A DNA stretch of 64,000 bases from Hydrolagus affinis (lineage: Eukaryota): the NCBI GenBank assembly GCA_012026655.1, contig JAAILG010000007.1, forward strand, positions 62,001 to 126,000, in the 5' to 3' direction. Both the position numbers and the translations under genes were made by a program. A model generated the notes under the pieces. That model searched no databases. It saw only the letters and a program-made list of their open reading frames with translations, and was not told the DNA's origin. The number at the start of each line of letters is the position of its first letter. Positions within the stretch are counted from its first letter, which is position 1. Shown here piece by piece: positions 59,816-64,000 of the stretch.

Positions 59816-60965
59816 TATAATGTAAGATATAATAGGTTAAGAAAATGTTAAGAAATAGGTTACATATAATGTTGCTGGATTCTTGCTTGTCAAGTGATCA
59901 CGTGGGCTGGGGAATGTACTGAGCTACAAGTATAACTAAGTGGCTGCGTGGTACAGTGGGAAAGAGAGTTACCATAAAAATGGGGAGATGTATTGAAACT
60001 AAGGGAATATTATTTTAAGATGGTCCTAGTGAGTGTAACTAAGCCAAGTGAAGAAGGGAAGAGAGTTTAAGCAGAGGCATTTAAGCTACTCAAATGGAAG
60101 AGAAGTGTACTACAGTGTTTGCTAGTTGTTGGATTGTCATTCAAAAGTAAATAATGATTTGTGTAAGTAGATAATATTATGATTACTGCAGGTAATTGTG
60201 TGTATATGTAGTATTGTAATTATTGGAGGTCCATGTGGACTAATGATTAGAAGGGCTATTACATTCTGGAATACCAATCAAGTCATACAATCTAAAAATA
60301 GTCGTCCTTGCATTTGACAGAGCATTTTCACATTAGGAGGACTTCTTGAAGCACTTCACAGGATTTACTGTGAAGTGTGGTGACTGTGATTTTTTGCAGG
60401 CAAATCTCTAAGTGGTAGAGTTGTGAAAGGGTAATGTTATTTATGAAGCATTAGTAAACAGTTGTCAACTTAAGACTGGCCCATTAGGGCTTTGCTGTAC
60501 TTCTGAGGTTCATTGCTGAGCCTGACAGGCTGTTGTATAATCAACAACAACCACAAAGAAAATCACATTTGTGTGGTGCCTTTCAAGTTGGGAGGATGTC
60601 CCAAGGTGCTGGCAGTAAACCAGGGAAAATCCACTTACCTCAAGGAGGATATGTATGTCACATAACTTATTTTATCTTCCTCGAAAAGGTAAAGTGTTGA
60701 ATGGACCCATTGTGATTTGTACATAGGACCCTTAGGTCCAAAATCTGGTGCTCGATAAAATGAGCTACCTGGGATTAAGGAAACTATAAATAAATAACTC
60801 TGATCAATTCAATATAAAAGCTCAAAAGAGAGCAAGCCAAATGGGCCGAAATGGTCTTTTCTTATTTCTTCCTTTCTTTATATTCTTATGTTCTTCTATT
60901 CTTCCTCATTCATCTTAAATATGGTGTTGTATTGCCACGTTCTTACACTCTTATTTTTGATACAG

Positions 60966-61244
60966 AACCTGCAAATATCATAGAGAAGGCAGAATCCATC
61001 AGTGTAACTGCAGGAGATTCAGCAACTCTGGAGTGCAGTTTCACAGGAACACCCGAGATTGCAGCCACATGGTTTAAGAATGGCACACAGTTGATGTCTG
61101 GTAGAAAATATAAAATTAATACCACTCATAAAGTAACTAGTTTAAAGATTCTAGCCACAGAGAAAGCAGACAGCGCTGAATACACTTGTGAGGTGAAGAA
61201 TGATGTTGGCAGTAGTAGCTGCCAAGCTGCTGTAACAGTATTAG
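60966..61244 (+). CDS. ttn: titin exon 61 (super-repeat 2, position 4)
   Basis: EPANIIEKAESISVTAGD; 279 nt. Confidence 0.95.
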
Positions 61245-61365
61245 GTTGGTATCAATGTTTTCTTTATTGCGCTGCTTAGATGCCTCTTTCAAAAGAACAA
61301 TTTTGTTCAGTAACTTTTCCTTCGAAGACATGACAGCGGTTGCATTTTTACCATGTGTTGGGCAG

Positions 61366-61653
61366 ATCGCACAGTCCCTCCGTCATTCAAGCGGAAGCTA
61401 AAGCCGATGGATGGCTTGAAAGCTTCTTTCGTTAAGATGGAATGCAAGATCTCTGGATCGGTTCCCATGAATTTGCTGTGGTACAAAGATGACAAAGAGA
61501 TAACAGCCGATGAAAAATATAAAATCTCATTTCACGATAATATGGCACAATTGGAAATTCACCAACTAGAGATGAGCGATGCTGGAAAGTACACTTGTAC
61601 TGCAACAAATGCAGCTGGGAGTGACCAGTGCAGTGGTGCCTTAACTATAAAAG
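61366..61653 (+). CDS. ttn: titin exon 62 (super-repeat 2, position 5)
   Basis: DRTVPPSFKRKLK; 288 nt. Confidence 0.95.
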
Positions 61654-61913
61654 GTTTGAATTTTGATACTGTTCTGGCTCAGTCTTGTCGAAGTGCCTCC
61701 TCGAGTTCTTAACTTAGCTAACACCTGTTTGATCGCTGCGACCATAACTTATCATTCCATCTTAGTCTGCCACGTTAACCAAACATGGTTGGAATCCCAT
61801 GCTTTAGGGACGTATCATCCTTCATTTGACCAATCTTTTGAAAGTAAAGCTTCGTCCTCATTTTACCTTTGTGTTAATGGCCACTTTTGCAATTTTCCTC
61901 CGGGAATGTTTAG

Positions 61914-62192
61914 AGCCTCCATACTTCACTATGAAGCCGCTGTCCCAAGACATAGTGCCTGGCACCAAAGTGCAATTTAGAAGCGTTGTAAGTGGAACAC
62001 CTCCAATGACTACAAAATGGTTCAAGGACAACAAGGAGTTGATATCTAGTCCATCGTGTTACATTTCAAAGGAAGGATCAACAAGTTTGCTCCAGCTCTT
62101 TTCGGCAAGCGTATCAGACACGGGTGACTACACATGCCAAGTCAGCAATGAAGTTGGAACAGTGACATGTGGCGCAAAACTCTTTGTGAAAG
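61914..62192 (+). CDS. ttn: titin exon 63 (super-repeat 2, position 6)
   Basis: EPPYFTMKPLSQDIVPG; 279 nt. Confidence 0.95.
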
Positions 62193-63223
62193 GTGTGAAT
62201 TTTCTCATAGTGTTTCCACCGAACACTGTAAATTTTCTTTGAATTTTATTGCGAAAATCATTGTAACTTCTTCTTATTCCTTCTGTTCCAGTCTGCGTCT
62301 ACGTGTTTTGTGCTCTGTCTTTATTTGATTGATTTTGCTTTACACACAAACTGAACAATCTTGGCTTTCATGTTGATGCTATTTGTTGTTGTTCTCAGAG
62401 AAAATGGAAAACCTCAATTTTAAGCTGTTGTAAGTTTTTTTGTCATAATTTGATGATGTGCATTTTGAAACGATTTGGTTTAAACTTATAAGGAGATTAT
62501 GTAGGAAATTGTCAAATAATATTTTCTAAAGAAAATTTGTTACATTAGAATATGTGACTCATGAGCCCAAAGGGTGAGTGAGTTGTCTCATCTGAAGCCA
62601 TAAGGTGGTTCATCTTCGGGTAAGTATCTTATTTGTACCATGGGTGTGGCTTTGCGTCCAGGTATATGGTATAAAATATAATCATATATGTTAGTAACAA
62701 GTTAGTTTCACAAATCAAGGATTCCAAATGATTTAAATATAATTGTAACATGTCAAATGATTTTTTTTTAAAAATGGGGGAGGGGGTGGGGGGCAAGTAA
62801 TTTTCCTGATATCGTCAAATGATATGTAAAGTCTGTCAAAATGTTTTTGTAAAGTTTTCAAAGGCCACTGACATTTGGATGAACATGCCTTCCTTGATAT
62901 TGCAAGGTGCCAGATGTACTCTATTCGATGGCTATTGATATTTGGCATCTATGACTTTAGTTGATGTGGTTTTAACTTTGTGCATCATGTGAGTTCAGTT
63001 CAGGAAGTGAGGAAGTTTTGAGTATAGACAGGTTTAAAATGGAAATTAGATGGACATTTGTTTTCTTAGTGCAACGGTTATGATGGCTTCTCAACACTGC
63101 TTTATTTTAGCAGACGCTTTACTTTCCATGTCTCATCCATTACTGTTCAAATACCTCATCTGAACGTGCGTGATGACCAATTGCTTTTCTTGGGATTAAT
63201 TTTGATACACTTTGCCTTTGTAG

Positions 63224-63505
63224 AACCACCAACCTTCGTTCTGAAACCAGATCCCACAGCATTGCTGAAAAAGGGAGGTTCAGCATCTTTTGAATGCACT
63301 GTAACAGGCACGCCTGATATCAAAGTTACCTGGTACAAGTATGAAACTGAACTTCAACCAACTAACCAGTTCAGAACGTCGTTTGTTGATTCGGTGTCAA
63401 TGCTTGAGATTATCAATGCCAGTGTGGAGGACAGTGGTGAATACATTTGCCAAGCGCAGAATGAAGCCGGGACTGACAGATGCATTGTCACAGTTACAGT
63501 TAAAG
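63224..63505 (+). CDS. ttn: titin exon 64 (super-repeat 3, position 1)
   Basis: EPPTFVLKPDPTALLKKG; 282 nt. Confidence 0.95.
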
Positions 63506-63625
63506 GTCTGTGGCCGTGTCTTATTGCGAACAATATGGTACAAGCAATTGCAAGTCATTTTCTTCAGAAATCTTTCCGTTTGGTTGATATCCGAATCCTT
63601 TTGTTGTGTGTCCTTTTTCTTTTAG

Positions 63626-63904
63626 AACCTCCTTCTTTTAGAAAGGAGCTTGATGCAGTTGAGGTGGTAAAAGCCACTGATCTGAGTCTTGAGTGTGAAG
63701 TGGCTGGCACAATCCCTTTCGAAGTCACTTGGTTTAAGGACAATAAGCAAATCCGACCTAGTAAAAAATTCCAGATGTCCGATAGACTCTCCTTAGTCAG
63801 TCTTTACATTCAAAAGATGGATAGCTCAGACGTGGGTGAATACAAGTGCAAAGTAGCAAATGATGTGGGAAGTTGCACTTGCTCTGCCGGAGTTCAATTG
63901 AAAG
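63626..63904 (+). CDS. ttn: titin exon 65 (super-repeat 3, position 2)
   Basis: EPPSFRKELDAVEVVK; 279 nt. Confidence 0.95.
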
Positions 63905-64000
63905 GTCAGTTCAGCAGATGTTTGCAGACCATTCGCTTTTTTCTTTGGGACACTTGCGATTTCACAGTATTTTTGTTAGTTTTCACTTGATTCATGTTGC

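Larger units (their letters stand above)
54..64000 (+). other. ttn: titin (connectin) gene, 5' part, Z-disc to middle I-band; continues beyond window
   Basis: About 60 GT-AG exons in consistent phase encoding titin Z1Z2, Z-repeats, tandem Ig, Novex, N2B and 6-Ig super-repeat. Confidence 0.98.

Noticed and set aside
60628-60700. Imperfect inverted repeat CACTTACCT...AGGTAAAGTG
   Set aside because: Short and mismatched; not distinguishable from chance

Overview
Vertebrate genomic DNA carrying the 5' ~64 kb of a titin (connectin, ttn) gene on the + strand. The tRNA/Deu-domain SINEs with L2-type tails and the CR1 relics suggest a cartilaginous fish (inference). The window holds the TATA box, non-coding exon 1, the start codon at 2283 (MATQAPTFIQPLQSVVALEGSAATFEAHV), the Z-disc exons, the proximal tandem-Ig I-band exons, the Novex-1/-2/-3 and N2B region, and 2 1/3 copies of the 6-Ig super-repeat; the gene runs off the right end. 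Exon numbers follow human TTN orthology recalled from memory and need an alignment check; splice boundaries were read by hand. Departures from the human gene: a Gly/Ser/Ala repeat expansion in exon 7, only two Z-repeats, a decayed Novex-1, a two-Ig Novex-2, an extra Ig exon before exon 47, a Novex-3 split by a 103-nt intron, and an N2B exon lacking I25 with a 74-aa periodic spring. There is also a candidate ATG-bearing internal first exon that splices in frame to Novex-3, and a 5'UTR hairpin that forms only after splicing. No prokaryote-type system, CRISPR array or independent second gene is supported.
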